This document shows positions 1 through 10,821 of a DNA stretch of 64,000 nt, in pieces (position 1 is the stretch's first letter; each line of letters begins with the position of its first letter). The stretch comes from a virus: IMG/VR virus record IMGVR_UViG_3300025122_000005, positions 1 to 64,000 of that record. One strand, written 5' to 3'. Under the pieces are notes generated by a model that was not told where the DNA came from, searched no databases, and saw nothing but the letters and a program-made list of their open reading frames with translations. Position numbers and translations under genes: made by a program.

Positions 1-2
1 CA

Positions 3-2552
3 GCTGCCCTTAAAGCGAATATAGAATTGCAGAATCGCTCTTTCGAAATAGAGAAAGACTCATTAATCCAAAAACAGGACATCGGCGACATCGATGAAGA
101 AGATATTCTTCGCCTCGCCAAAAGGTCTGAATGGCTTAAGCGTTATAACTCCACACAAAAAGAAGCAGCGGAGATTAACAGTGTATTGGGTTCAACTGCC
201 AATAATTTAGCGTTAAGTTATCTTAACGTGAGCGACGCCGGTACGACGGTCATGGGTGTCATAGGTAAGTACAAAAATGCAACCGAATCATGGAGAAAAG
301 CAACAGAGAAAGCTGAAGGAGCATCTGGAAAATTCGGTGCTACTTTAAAACACGTAGGGCAGGGATTTAAAAATCTTTTAAAGACTGACGCTGCAGACAA
401 ATTCCGAAAAATGTTCGACCCCCTTAATCAACTTAACAATGAGATGCAACGTGCATCAGATTTAGCGGAAAAGGTCCAGCAGAATAACCAAAACTTATAT
501 AGATCAACTGGTCAAGTTTCTAGCGGCAACTTTGCACTCGGAGAGCAGATGAAGAGACTTGCTATGGACACTGAGTCTGTGACGATAGCTTCGGGCGAAA
601 TGTCAAAAGCTCAAATAGCACTTAACGAATCTTATATGGATTTCAACTCTCTTTCTCAGGATACCATAAATGACTTAACCATGACTAATGCATTGCTAGA
701 CCAAGCGGGGATGTCTTCTCGCACTTCAGCTGAAAACTTCGAATTCTTTGTAAAATCAATGGGAATGACCGCAAAAGAGGCCAGCAAAACAAATCTTAAA
801 TTATTGGATCTTGCTCAATCAATGAAACAGTCTCCAGAGGCTATTGGACAAGCATTTAAGAACAGCCGCAATCATCTTGCTGCTTATGGTAGGGACTTTG
901 TGAAGCATTTTTCAAAAATGCTAGGAGTGTCTAAGAAGCTTGGAATTTCAGTTGGGAAAATGCTAGACGTTGGCGCGGAACTAGACACTTTCGAAGGCTC
1001 CGCTGAATTGGCCATGCGCCTTAATTCAGTGTTAAAATTAAGGGGCGAGGATGTGGTGTCTAGTCAGGACTTAATGGACAAGACCGATGATGAAAAGATG
1101 GTCGTCCTGGCCAAAGCACTGCAAGCCTCACCGGTTGACGTGGCAGGCGGTGGCAGTGATGTTCGAGGTACGATAAGGTCATTGGCAGCAGGCATGGGTC
1201 CTCTCGACATGGCAGACGTGCAGAGGCTGGCTACAGTCCCAATCGATGAATTAAGGGCAGAGATGAAAGCGCAGGCAGACCTCGCGAAGAACTCAAATAA
1301 AACTGCAAAAGATCTAGACGAGACTAACAAAAAAGCAATGACCAGTCAAGAAACCGCTGCAAAAAAGATGGAAAGTCTCCAGGGCCCCATGACGGAAGCA
1401 CTGAACGCTCTTAAGATGGCCCTGGCGGAAAACACCCTCACTGTCAAAGCAGCTGGTGCTATAGGGTCTGTTGCATTGACAGTAGGTCAAAACGTCGCAC
1501 AGAAAGCAGGAGCCAAACTTGCGGCATCGGCGGCAAGTAAAATCCCCGTCATTGGCGGTGCTCTCGCTGGTGCCATCGGTGCCGCAGCAGGGTCACCGGT
1601 TGAGGTTGTAAACTTTGCGGACCTTGCCCCCTACCTCAAAAGCGGCGTGGGGGTGCCCATCGTTGACGACATTATTCAGCTTAACAACGATGGTCACGCA
1701 GACGCCTGGGCAATCGAATGGCAAAACCGTGCCGTGGGACAGGCCAACTTGGCCAGGGAAACCATCGCCAACAAAATGAACACCATGTCGATTGTTACGG
1801 CTGTTAGAACATCCGGACTGATGGGCGTAGGCGGACTAGCGTCGTTGGGTGCGGTCGCAGCCGTCGCCGTCGGCGCAGCTGCCGTCGCCGCAGCAGCCGG
1901 TACTGGTTATCTGATAGGTAAAGTAATTAATTCGATAGGAGAGACGGCAAAAGATCGTGAAGATAATAAAGCGATGGAGAATGTGAGTAAAACGAAATTA
2001 ATCGGAGAATTCCTGAGTGGAGAACATAAAGACCATGCAGTAGGAGGAAAGCGTAGAATTAATAAGCAAGCGCAATCCAGTTGGGACTCCTTGTCTATGC
2101 AACAGCAATATAATTATTGTTCAGAGAATGGAAAGGTGCCCCCTGGCGTCGGTGGTCATTGCGGCCAGGTTTTTTCTAAGGCAAGAAAATCTAAATCTCA
2201 AGGTGGTATTGCCCTTGGAAGCAAAGATAAGAAAGTTCAAGAGGCATCGGCTAAGAACCAGACAGCGAACAAAGCTGCTGGAAAAGCGAAAGGAGTCTCC
2301 ACATCCGGGGTCACAGGTCCGGTCCTTCAGACTCCCGCACCAAAAGTAGATGATTTTATGGTAAATGCAAATGCATCAGATCAGCTAATCGGAGTGAAGG
2401 AAGGTGGTCTCGTAGCAAAGAAGTTAGATAAGTTAATTGAATTGATGTCCAAAGCAACAGCAGGCAAAGAAATAGTTATTAAATTAGACGGAAGAACCGT
2501 GGCAAAGTCCACTATATCATTAATGAATAACGATTTTTATGCATTGGGATAA
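3..2552 (+). CDS. Tail tape measure protein (5'-truncated; frame open from the window edge)
   Basis: Long Ala/Gly-rich helical protein ending IVIKLDGRTVAKST (typical TMP C-terminus), directly upstream of baseplate-like genes; no stop between nt 3 and the track's TTG at 27. Confidence 0.8.
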   Translation, partial: AALKANIELQNRSFEIEKDSLIQKQDIGDIDEEDILRLAKRSEWLKRYNSTQKEAAEINSVLGSTANNLALSYLNVSDAGTTVMGVIGKYKNATESWRKATEKAEGASGKFGATLKHVGQGFKNLLKTDAADKFRKMFDPLNQLNNEMQRASDLAEKVQQNNQNLYRSTGQVSSGNFALGEQMKRLAMDTESVTIASGEMSKAQIALNESYMDFNSLSQDTINDLTMTNALLDQAGMSSRTSAENFEFFVKSMGMTAKEASKTNLKLLDLAQSMKQSPEAIGQAFKNSRNHLAAYGRDFVKHFSKMLGVSKKLGISVGKMLDVGAELDTFEGSAELAMRLNSVLKLRGEDVVSSQDLMDKTDDEKMVVLAKALQASPVDVAGGGSDVRGTIRSLAAGMGPLDMADVQRLATVPIDELRAEMKAQADLAKNSNKTAKDLDETNKKAMTSQETAAKKMESLQGPMTEALNALKMALAENTLTVKAAGAIGSVALTVGQNVAQKAGAKLAASAASKIPVIGGALAGAIGAAAGSPVEVVNFADLAPYLKSGVGVPIVDDIIQLNNDGHADAWAIEWQNRAVGQANLARETIANKMNTMSIVTAVRTSGLMGVGGLASLGAVAAVAVGAAAVAAAAGTGYLIGKVINSIGETAKDREDNKAMENVSKTKLIGEFLSGEHKDHAVGGKRRINKQAQSSWDSLSMQQQYNYCSENGKVPPGVGGHCGQVFSKARKSKSQGGIALGSKDKKVQEASAKNQTANKAAGKAKGVSTSGVTGPVLQTPAPKVDDFMVNANASDQLIGVKEGGLVAKKLDKLIELMSKATAGKEIVIKLDGRTVAKSTISLMNNDFYALG

Positions 2553-2578
2553 TTATATAAGCAAGGGAGAGTATAACA

Positions 2579-3364
2579 ATGCCAGGTAGTTATAGAAAAG
2601 AGTTGGAAAATAAATGGGGATGGCAGATAAAATTCACGCACGTCCTTACTGGAGCGCACGAGACCTTTCAATCCATCTTGACAGACTATACGGATACTTT
2701 TACGTCAAATTGGGCCGAGGAGCAGATATACGGTAGGATGGATCCACTTTATACGTTTCAAAATACAGCCCGGGCAGTATCTCTATCTTGGGATGTCGTA
2801 TCGGACGATGTCGCAGAAGCTGAATCTAATTTAGGAAAATTTCAGAATCTTGTACAGATGTTGTATCCCACGTATAAAAATGATAACGGAGTAAAGACAA
2901 TGGACGGCGCACCTTTGGTGAGAGTAAAATTTACAAATCTACTTCAAGATGCCACGACTGCTGGCACCGGAGCAAAGTCTCAAAAGGGGCTCTTAGGGGT
3001 GATAAAAGGCGGTCTCGCTTTCACTCCAAATTTGGAAGTCGGTGTTGTGACAAGTAGGACCGGCGTAATAATTCCAAAGATCTATTCAGTCACTTGTAAT
3101 CTCAGTGTCCTTCACGAGCATGATTTGGGGTATATAGGAAATAAATGGGTCGGAGCAGAGAGCTTTCCATACGGGACTTCAACGACAAAACAACAAGTTG
3201 ATTCTACTAATACTGCTTTGAAGAAATCTTTGCCGTTCGGATTTTCATTCGGAAATAAACAGCAAACTCCGACCAAGCACGCGAAATCACCAGCAAGAGT
3301 AAGCGAACAGATCAAGAAAGAGAAAGAGGCGGTATTGAAATCTTGGCGCAAGTATACGAATTAA
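2579..3364 (+). CDS. Tail tube-initiator/baseplate protein (gp48/gp54/CIS-tube-like)
   Basis: FTSNWAEEQIYGRMDP motif; lies between TMP and LysM gene. Confidence 0.6.
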   Translation: MPGSYRKELENKWGWQIKFTHVLTGAHETFQSILTDYTDTFTSNWAEEQIYGRMDPLYTFQNTARAVSLSWDVVSDDVAEAESNLGKFQNLVQMLYPTYKNDNGVKTMDGAPLVRVKFTNLLQDATTAGTGAKSQKGLLGVIKGGLAFTPNLEVGVVTSRTGVIIPKIYSVTCNLSVLHEHDLGYIGNKWVGAESFPYGTSTTKQQVDSTNTALKKSLPFGFSFGNKQQTPTKHAKSPARVSEQIKKEKEAVLKSWRKYTN

Positions 3365-3394
3365 TAGGTCCCATAGAATGGAGGAAGAATTAAA

Positions 3395-3730
3395 ATGAGT
3401 AGATACACAAAAAGAAATCGCATCTTTAATGATTTACCTAGATACGATAGTATTAATAAGAATAGAGATGCCAACGTTATGGATATGTATGCAACTCCAG
3501 AAATGCGTCCGCTTACGGATGAACAAATATCCAGCATTGAGGCTCGTTCCCATCTGTGGAAAGTGGGAGATAAATTTTTTAAGCTAGCCCATGAACACTA
3601 CGCAGATTCCTCACTGTGGTGGGTCATTGCTTGGTATAACCAAACTCCCACTGAATCACATGTAGAGTTAGGCGACATCATCTATGTTCCTCATCCTCTT
3701 GACAGAATAAGAATGTATTATGGGTATTAG
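3395..3730 (+). CDS. LysM-domain baseplate wedge protein (gp53/tail X-like)
   Basis: GDKFFKLAHEHYADSSLWWVIAWYN...GDIIYVP LysM-like pattern. Confidence 0.75.
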   Translation: MSRYTKRNRIFNDLPRYDSINKNRDANVMDMYATPEMRPLTDEQISSIEARSHLWKVGDKFFKLAHEHYADSSLWWVIAWYNQTPTESHVELGDIIYVPHPLDRIRMYYGY

Positions 3731-3732
3731 TC

Positions 3733-6648
3733 ATGGTTGATGAGATTTTTAAAGCGTATGAGCGTGGAATGAAGCCAAGCGCACCGACTCTCCTTAAGAC
3801 GGTCAAGGGACAAAGGGTGGCACTAACCGGTTTGGGAGCCCATCAGGTGTACCGGTACCTTAATAGGAGAACGGCGGGTGTCGGCGTCCATGGCGTTTGG
3901 TTCACCAGCGGAAGCTTTGTCAAAGGCGGAAGTAAAAAATTAAAAGAAAAATTTGAAAAAGATAGAAAAGCCGCCGGTATGGATAACAACGATAGCGACA
4001 CTTTAGAGGCCCGAAAGGCATGGGCAAAAGAGTGGTCCGAAAAGAATATACCACTAACTAAGAAGGCAATTGCAATGAGGCAAAAGATTTCAAAGTTAGG
4101 AGGACATAGTCTCGTTTTTGATCCGAAAAAAGATGTTACCGAGGCAGACATCCAGGGGGGATTCGCTTCGGATGCTACTGGGTTGGCAGCTGCTCGTGCC
4201 GTCGGATACGCGGTTAAGAAAGACCTCATCGAGGCTCGAAAGAAAATTCTCGGTGATGAGGAGCGTTCTCATTATCTTAAGATAACTGCGTCAGAACAGA
4301 AAGAAGAAGAGGAACGAGTTCAAAAGGTTCTTAGAAATTTTAGAGAGCAAGGGTATCTGGTCGTCAAAATGCAGGAGCTAGCAAAATACAATGTTTCAAC
4401 GGGTTATACTTATAAAAATTATGCTTATTTAAGATCTCAGCCATTGAGCGGACCTTTAACTTCCCAACTTCAGGCAATCGGTGCGGCAAAACTAGCACCT
4501 TTATTAAACCTAAAAAACGAACAGTTATCAGCATTGACTCCTATGTTTCGTCTTTATAAAATAGACAAGAAAAATAAGAAAAAAGGAATAGAAGAGCTGA
4601 AGCTTCAGGGCAATTACCACTCTATTGAGAATAACTCTCTAGAGAGTATTGGTAGATCCGGCCGCCTTGGATTAAAATCGTTTACGTGGACTTATGATGG
4701 GAAGTATCGATCAACAGCCGACAAGATGATTCGTGGTGATCTAACACTTTACGGGGATAGTTTGACGGTTTTCGATGAAAAGATACACGATGATCTTCTG
4801 GTGCCCCGATCAGGAGAATGGTATGCCCAAGTCGGGTGGGCCCCACCACCTAATAATGCGGGGGGACTATTCAGCAAAGAAGAGATATCTGCGTTGAGGA
4901 ATTCGTTGATAACGCTGTGGATGGGTTTTAAGATACCTCAATTTACCTTTAAACAGGATGGCACATTTGAACTTAACTTAACATTTCGCTCGGCTATTAT
5001 GCAAGCACTGAACAACGTCGACATATTTGGTCCCACGAACGCAAAGGAGGAGCTGTTAAATGTTAGCAGTGCTTTTAGAAGCAAGGTTATGGGTAGTTTT
5101 ACGAAATTTCTAGAAAAACGAGAAAAATCCCTGAAAAATGGAAAATACGGCGTGGCATCGTCGGCGCAGGCAAGTCTTGGATTGGGCCCTGTTGGCAAAG
5201 GGGGATCCCCGGCTAAGATTAAAGCCATTGATACTAAGGCGTTCAATACTTTTAAATCCGAAACGCTTTTGAGAGCTGGAATACAACCCGGGCAGCTCTC
5301 AAGAGCACAAAACCTAATTGATACCTTCATGAAAAGGAAAGAAGTCGAAGGCGATCTGGATTATGCCTGGCAATTCTCGGACCGGATGCACCACCTGATT
5401 GAAAGGAAGAGGAGCAATAAAGTATTTAGAAGAATATTGGAAGACATTGAAAATAAAAAAAGGAAATTTTATGTCACCACCACTGCCTCTGAATTTGACA
5501 AATTCTATAAAGACTTTGGACCGTTGGACGCCACTGTGAAGGACATAACCCCAGAGGAATACGAGGCGATGAAAAAAAAGAATCCTCCCCCACCCAGTGT
5601 GCCCAAGAAGCCAACAGGTGCTCCGGGCTCGATACCGAAGACAGAGGTAAAGACGAGTTTGAAAGGCATAAAACCAGATGAGATATCCGTCGCCTTTGTT
5701 TATTTCGGAGATATTATAGAATCGGTATTCTCAAACACAGCATATCAGGTACCCGATAAAGAAAAGGTTAATTTTATATTGAGCACATTGGCATATAGGG
5801 ATTACTTCATAGAAGGAAACCGGGGTATGAAAAGCGTGATGGCACAAATTCCGATAGTTGATATGCCAATTTCTGTAAATTACTTTACAAAGTGGTTTCA
5901 TGATGAATATATCGTAAAGGTGTCAGAAAAGGTGACTTTAGACGAGTTCTTAAATAAAGCACTCAAGACACTTCTTTTGCCTGCAATGGGCCCAGACAAC
6001 TTTAGAGCATCCTTTAAAAATCATGCAATGTCCCCGCATCAGTTTTCGTGGACTGCGGACAAGAAAGCAAATCAGCCCCCACGCGGAGAGATAAATTTCG
6101 ATACGTTGAAGGGCTTAGTATATCAGGGGTCTATGTCTACCAGACCGATTAGTTATGTTGTCTATAGCTCTTGGATTTATGCAGAAGACGAAAAAATGAA
6201 ATCGTCCAAAGGAACCATCCACACTTCTACAACCGAGAACATTGTCCTCCACCTGGCTAAGGATCATGGATTGTTAAAAGATGTTACGTTTTCGAGAAAT
6301 AATCTACCTCACTGGGAAGCAGATCAGATAAGAAACGATAAAATAACAAGCAATTTTGAGAAAATACGGATACCATATGCCGTAGAAGTAAAAATGATTG
6401 GTAATAATTTATTTTTTCCCGGCACCCACTTCGAGGTGTACCCTACTATACCAGGTTCGAGGGCACGGGCAATAGCGGAAAAATTGGGGTTGGGTGGTAG
6501 ATACCAGACACATAGCATAACCAACAGGATAGAACCCGAAACTGGGTTTACGACTGAATTCACCGCTCAGAACGTGCTCATGGCTGACTCGATCAAGAAG
6601 GGAAAGAAGAAGACTCCGCGAAAGCGCGGGAAACCAATAAAAAAATAA
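3733..6648 (+). CDS. Baseplate hub-like protein (gp27/VgrG-like)
   Basis: C-terminal VKMIGNNLFFPG...GLGGRYQTHSITNRI...FTTEFTA hub pattern; synteny. Confidence 0.6.
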   Translation: MVDEIFKAYERGMKPSAPTLLKTVKGQRVALTGLGAHQVYRYLNRRTAGVGVHGVWFTSGSFVKGGSKKLKEKFEKDRKAAGMDNNDSDTLEARKAWAKEWSEKNIPLTKKAIAMRQKISKLGGHSLVFDPKKDVTEADIQGGFASDATGLAAARAVGYAVKKDLIEARKKILGDEERSHYLKITASEQKEEEERVQKVLRNFREQGYLVVKMQELAKYNVSTGYTYKNYAYLRSQPLSGPLTSQLQAIGAAKLAPLLNLKNEQLSALTPMFRLYKIDKKNKKKGIEELKLQGNYHSIENNSLESIGRSGRLGLKSFTWTYDGKYRSTADKMIRGDLTLYGDSLTVFDEKIHDDLLVPRSGEWYAQVGWAPPPNNAGGLFSKEEISALRNSLITLWMGFKIPQFTFKQDGTFELNLTFRSAIMQALNNVDIFGPTNAKEELLNVSSAFRSKVMGSFTKFLEKREKSLKNGKYGVASSAQASLGLGPVGKGGSPAKIKAIDTKAFNTFKSETLLRAGIQPGQLSRAQNLIDTFMKRKEVEGDLDYAWQFSDRMHHLIERKRSNKVFRRILEDIENKKRKFYVTTTASEFDKFYKDFGPLDATVKDITPEEYEAMKKKNPPPPSVPKKPTGAPGSIPKTEVKTSLKGIKPDEISVAFVYFGDIIESVFSNTAYQVPDKEKVNFILSTLAYRDYFIEGNRGMKSVMAQIPIVDMPISVNYFTKWFHDEYIVKVSEKVTLDEFLNKALKTLLLPAMGPDNFRASFKNHAMSPHQFSWTADKKANQPPRGEINFDTLKGLVYQGSMSTRPISYVVYSSWIYAEDEKMKSSKGTIHTSTTENIVLHLAKDHGLLKDVTFSRNNLPHWEADQIRNDKITSNFEKIRIPYAVEVKMIGNNLFFPGTHFEVYPTIPGSRARAIAEKLGLGGRYQTHSITNRIEPETGFTTEFTAQNVLMADSIKKGKKKTPRKRGKPIKK

Positions 6649-6663
6649 TAGGGGGGTGTAGAC

Positions 6664-7935
6664 ATGGCATTCGAAGATGATAGAAAACCAACAACCAATG
6701 ACTCTGGTTCTAAAATGCTATACGACAGAAGACAAGAGTTTAAACTTTTGGTATATCCACCAGATATTGAGAGAATGTTGATAGATATGTGGTATGAGAG
6801 ACCATTATATGGCAAGGTTGACACCCGACTAAATGTGGTGTATCCACTAGAAAAGAGCGGTCTTAAACAGGTTCCCGGCTCCGAGACTTTGTTTGCAGTA
6901 GATTTCGTTGCGGATGCCTTCCTGGCAATGAGAGATCACTTTTTGAATGCGGTGGGTAAAAATAAAATGTCCGGACAACTGGGACCTATAGATGGCTTTC
7001 AAGCAAAACGTGCCTGGGTAGACCCTATCGCGTCATATGAAAATCACATAGAGGTGGTTAAGCAGGTATTCTTAGAAGAATATCTCCTTCCAGAGAGAAA
7101 TAACATAAAGGAAATTGTTGACATCCTGCCGTTGTTCGAAAGATATTTACGTGATCAGGCAGCATCCTATCCCCTGTCTTTATCTGGGTATATTAAGTCT
7201 GGATTCTGCCCTCCTCGATCAAATGGGCTGATCATCGAACTTTTAGATTCTGATCACGGAAATGACCAAGACAAGATGGAAGTTGTTAATTCACCAGACT
7301 TTGAAAAGTACGTTTCTATGGCTAGTTATTTTGGATTCTATGTGGATAAGAACGCTCCGTGGTCACTGGTCGGTAATCTGGCAAGCACTAAGATGCGGAA
7401 GTATATGGAAGTTTATGGTCTCATGGACGCCAATAATTATTTTAGTGATTATTGCTGGCCAGCATATTTGACCGAAATGCAGAGAATGAAGGACCTACTG
7501 TATGATATCTTCTATGCTTTTGAATTGAGAAGCCCCCTTCGGAAGAAAGAAATTTTGTGTGACTCTGGAAAAATAAAAAATAAAATGATTGAAAGAAAAG
7601 TCTTGACTTTGGAAGAAAATATTGCTAAGATTCCTGAAGTATACTGGTTTAGGCTTTGTATTATAACAAAGGCACTAGAGATGGATGTGGAGATAAACGA
7701 AGTGACATCGAGAAGATTAGTGCAAAAAGCAATGTATTTTTACAAAAAAGACAAAAATCACGTGAGAGCACTCGCATATATCAACCGATTTTTCAAGAAT
7801 AGGGATGTCAAAGCCAATCCAGTTGTTCGCTTCATAGAACAATTAAGAGACTCATCAGAAGATCAAATTAAAGAATTGTTTGGCGACGCTGTTACTATTA
7901 CGAACGGACCGATGAGTGTATTTCCAAAGTATTGA
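6664..7935 (+). CDS. Hypothetical protein, probably virion/baseplate-associated
   Basis: 423-aa ORF with RBS at the end of the tail module. Confidence 0.5.
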   Translation: MAFEDDRKPTTNDSGSKMLYDRRQEFKLLVYPPDIERMLIDMWYERPLYGKVDTRLNVVYPLEKSGLKQVPGSETLFAVDFVADAFLAMRDHFLNAVGKNKMSGQLGPIDGFQAKRAWVDPIASYENHIEVVKQVFLEEYLLPERNNIKEIVDILPLFERYLRDQAASYPLSLSGYIKSGFCPPRSNGLIIELLDSDHGNDQDKMEVVNSPDFEKYVSMASYFGFYVDKNAPWSLVGNLASTKMRKYMEVYGLMDANNYFSDYCWPAYLTEMQRMKDLLYDIFYAFELRSPLRKKEILCDSGKIKNKMIERKVLTLEENIAKIPEVYWFRLCIITKALEMDVEINEVTSRRLVQKAMYFYKKDKNHVRALAYINRFFKNRDVKANPVVRFIEQLRDSSEDQIKELFGDAVTITNGPMSVFPKY

Positions 7936-9115
7936 CGACAAGAAAGAATGTGTTGGATTGTACTACGATTCTAGGTGTGTCTTTGAGAATCTTGACTTCT
8001 CTAAGCTAACCAGAACGTGGCGTCCTACCGAGACTTCTCTACAACATAGACATATAGATTATGCTTGGTTATGGTGCCTGGGTAAAAGCCTGGGTGACGT
8101 TTGTCCCTCTTTTCTCGAAGACCAGTGGGGGTCTGTCGACAATAAGATGAAGGCGTTCTCTCGGTCTCTAAATGCTGCAAAGGTAGACTTAAGTGAAAAC
8201 TGCCTTTTGGAATTATTACCGCCCAAAGAAATTTCCAGATTTTTGGATGTGAAGAATAGAATCACCGAACACGTATTTTCAAGACTTGACAAACCAGAAG
8301 AATACGATCACTTATTGAGTATCGTGCACATGCTTGAGGATATAAAACATCGCAAGGTTAATCTGGATATATCGTCCATCAAGTCTGGGTCTTATAAGAA
8401 CAAAAACAGAAATTTCTTGAAGAATTTGAAAAAGATGAGAAAAAGCGTTTCTTATAACTTGTTTGGCACTAAAACTGGCAGACTTACAGTGGAGAAAGGG
8501 TTTTTCCCCATTCTGACGCTTGACAGAGATTTGAGGAAATACATAAAACCAAATAATGATCTATTTGTCGAAATTGATGTTAACGGAGCCGAAGCGAGGA
8601 CTCTGCTGTCCCTCACAGATCAAGAACAGCCAGAAGTTGATATTCACGAGTGGAACGCAGAGAATGTGTATAGGGGACTGACGACGAGAGAGGAGTCCAA
8701 GAAGAGATTCTTCGCTTGGTTATACAATCCCGCTTCTGATGATTATTTATCATCTAGAGCTTACAGTCGCGACTTAATAAAAGAAAAGTTTTACGACGGA
8801 CACCAGGTAAGGACACCTTTTAACAGAAAAATCTTATCAGACGAATATCATTGTGTAAATTATACTTTACAATCGACCTCAAGTGATGTATGCTTGGAAC
8901 AATCAAGAAAGGTTTTTGACTTCTTAAAGGAAAAGAAGAGTAATATTGCATTCCTAATGCACGATTCAATCATTTTAGATTTTGCTGCAGAAGACAAGCA
9001 GCATATCCGAGAGATAGTCAAAATGTTTCAGGAGACGAGATTTGGGGAATATAGAACTAATGTTAAAATGGGAAAGAATTTCGGGGAGATGAGGGAGATA
9101 AGTTGGAAACTATAA
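7916..9115 (+). CDS. Family A DNA polymerase, polymerase domain only
   Basis: TKTGRL, motif A IDVNGAEAR, motif B KKRFFAWLY, NYTLQSTSSD, motif C MHDS; no recognisable exonuclease domains. Confidence 0.8.
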   Translation: MYFQSIDDKKECVGLYYDSRCVFENLDFSKLTRTWRPTETSLQHRHIDYAWLWCLGKSLGDVCPSFLEDQWGSVDNKMKAFSRSLNAAKVDLSENCLLELLPPKEISRFLDVKNRITEHVFSRLDKPEEYDHLLSIVHMLEDIKHRKVNLDISSIKSGSYKNKNRNFLKNLKKMRKSVSYNLFGTKTGRLTVEKGFFPILTLDRDLRKYIKPNNDLFVEIDVNGAEARTLLSLTDQEQPEVDIHEWNAENVYRGLTTREESKKRFFAWLYNPASDDYLSSRAYSRDLIKEKFYDGHQVRTPFNRKILSDEYHCVNYTLQSTSSDVCLEQSRKVFDFLKEKKSNIAFLMHDSIILDFAAEDKQHIREIVKMFQETRFGEYRTNVKMGKNFGEMREISWKL

Positions 9116-9939
9116 TTGCACTCGGAACCGTAGCTTGTAACGTCGCTCGTAAATTTGAGAAATATGAAGAATATAAGACATACAAGATTGATCATGAGGA
9201 TTCCAAAGAGAAGAATTACTTAAAAATAAAAAAGCTTGACAATCCTGAAGAGTATGAGAAAAACGGACCAAATGTGAAGAATTTTCTCAAGAAGGTATCC
9301 GGAGATGTGCTTTTTATTGTTTGTGGAGCGAGTAGAACAGCCAGTGCTTCATTAATGATATTGGAACAAATACACAAAAGATGCAAAATCAGCGTTTTGT
9401 ATATAGCCCCCGAAACTGAGCTTTTGAGTGAGGGAAAAACACTTCAGGAAAGAGCGGTATTCAGCGTGCTGCAAGAGTATGCAAGGTCTGCTCTGTTGGA
9501 GAGGACATTCTTGATATCAAATCTGGCTATTGATCCAATGATTGAAGATGCGTCCATTGTGGGATACTACGACTCGATAAACGACCTCATTGCGAGTTCC
9601 TTTCATATGATCAACTTTTTCGACCACGTATCTTCTGTTACGGACACCTTTTCATCTCCAGCTGAGACTGCGAGGATTTCAACATTTGGGATTTTAAATC
9701 CAAAAACAGGTGAAGAAAATTTGTTTTTTCCTCTTGACAAAACAAGAGAAACAAGGTACTATTATGGCATACCTGAAGAAAAGATGACCAAAGAAAAGGG
9801 TCTTCATAGGAAGATTGTCAATCAGGTAAAGAGCAAAGCGACAGAAGATAGGAAAGTGAGTTATGGAATATATCCAACGAGTTACGAACAAGAATATGCT
9901 TACATTTTGTCGCACTCATCTTTTATACAAGAAAAATAA
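9103..9939 (+). CDS. Divergent tubulin/FtsZ-like protein
   Basis: N-terminal IIALGTVACNVA (GxGxxGxN-like), VLFIVCGASRTAS at the signature-loop position, YDSINDLIA. Confidence 0.5.
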   Translation: METIIALGTVACNVARKFEKYEEYKTYKIDHEDSKEKNYLKIKKLDNPEEYEKNGPNVKNFLKKVSGDVLFIVCGASRTASASLMILEQIHKRCKISVLYIAPETELLSEGKTLQERAVFSVLQEYARSALLERTFLISNLAIDPMIEDASIVGYYDSINDLIASSFHMINFFDHVSSVTDTFSSPAETARISTFGILNPKTGEENLFFPLDKTRETRYYYGIPEEKMTKEKGLHRKIVNQVKSKATEDRKVSYGIYPTSYEQEYAYILSHSSFIQEK

Positions 9940-10042
9940 GAAAACACTTGACAAATGCCAAAACATTTGTTAATATATAAACAGTTGGTCAGGAAATTTG
10001 CTGACCTGCTTTAGCCAAAGAGTAAAAAAAGGAGAAAACACT

Positions 10043-10807
10043 ATGGCACTTGATCTAGATCGCATGCGCGAGAAACTTAACACCGTCACAGGCAAGGGGG
10101 GTTCTAGAACGGACTTCTGGAAGCCACAAGATGGAGAAAGCAACGTGAGAATCGTTCCAACACCGGATGGAGACCCATTCAAGGAAAAGTTCTTTCACTA
10201 CAACGTGGCACAAGGAGGGTTCCTGTGTCCAAAGAGAAACTTCGGAGATGATTGTCCGGTCTGCAACTTTGCGAATAAGCTGTGGAACGAAGGCACCGAA
10301 GAAAGCAAGAAGATGGCGAAGAACCTTTTCGCAAAGCAGAGATTCTTCTCACCAGTCCTTGTCAGGGGCGAAGAGACTCAAGGAGTCAGAGTGTGGGGAT
10401 ACGGAAAGATGGCATATGAGAAGTTGCTAACGATTGTTCTCGACCCGGATTACGGAGACGTTACGGACCCTGAATCTGGTAATGACCTCAAAATTATGTA
10501 CGGCAAGCCACCGGGAGCAACCTTCCCTCGAACGGATATTCGTCCTAGACCTCGTAAGACGGTTCTTTGTGACGACGCAGTAGGCGGAGATGAACGTTGC
10601 GCCGAGTTGCTAGAGACTGTTCCTGATTTGGAAAAGCTGTTTGATAGAAAGACCACAGAGGAAACTCAAGCAATCTTAGACACTTTCTTGGACAGCGACA
10701 ACATTGAAAGGCAAGTTGAAAAGTTTGGTGGGAATATCTCACCCCCGCCAGCAGACAAGGAGGTAGATGCAGTCGAGGCCGCATTCAACGACCTATTGAG
10801 TAATTAA
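10043..10807 (+). CDS. gp32-like single-stranded DNA-binding protein
   Basis: FWKPQDGESNVRIVP, CPKRNFGDDCPVC Zn site, VWGYGK, acidic tail; GGAG RBS before ATG 10043. Confidence 0.8.
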   Translation: MALDLDRMREKLNTVTGKGGSRTDFWKPQDGESNVRIVPTPDGDPFKEKFFHYNVAQGGFLCPKRNFGDDCPVCNFANKLWNEGTEESKKMAKNLFAKQRFFSPVLVRGEETQGVRVWGYGKMAYEKLLTIVLDPDYGDVTDPESGNDLKIMYGKPPGATFPRTDIRPRPRKTVLCDDAVGGDERCAELLETVPDLEKLFDRKTTEETQAILDTFLDSDNIERQVEKFGGNISPPPADKEVDAVEAAFNDLLSN

Positions 10808-10821
10808 ATTAAAACCGCAGG

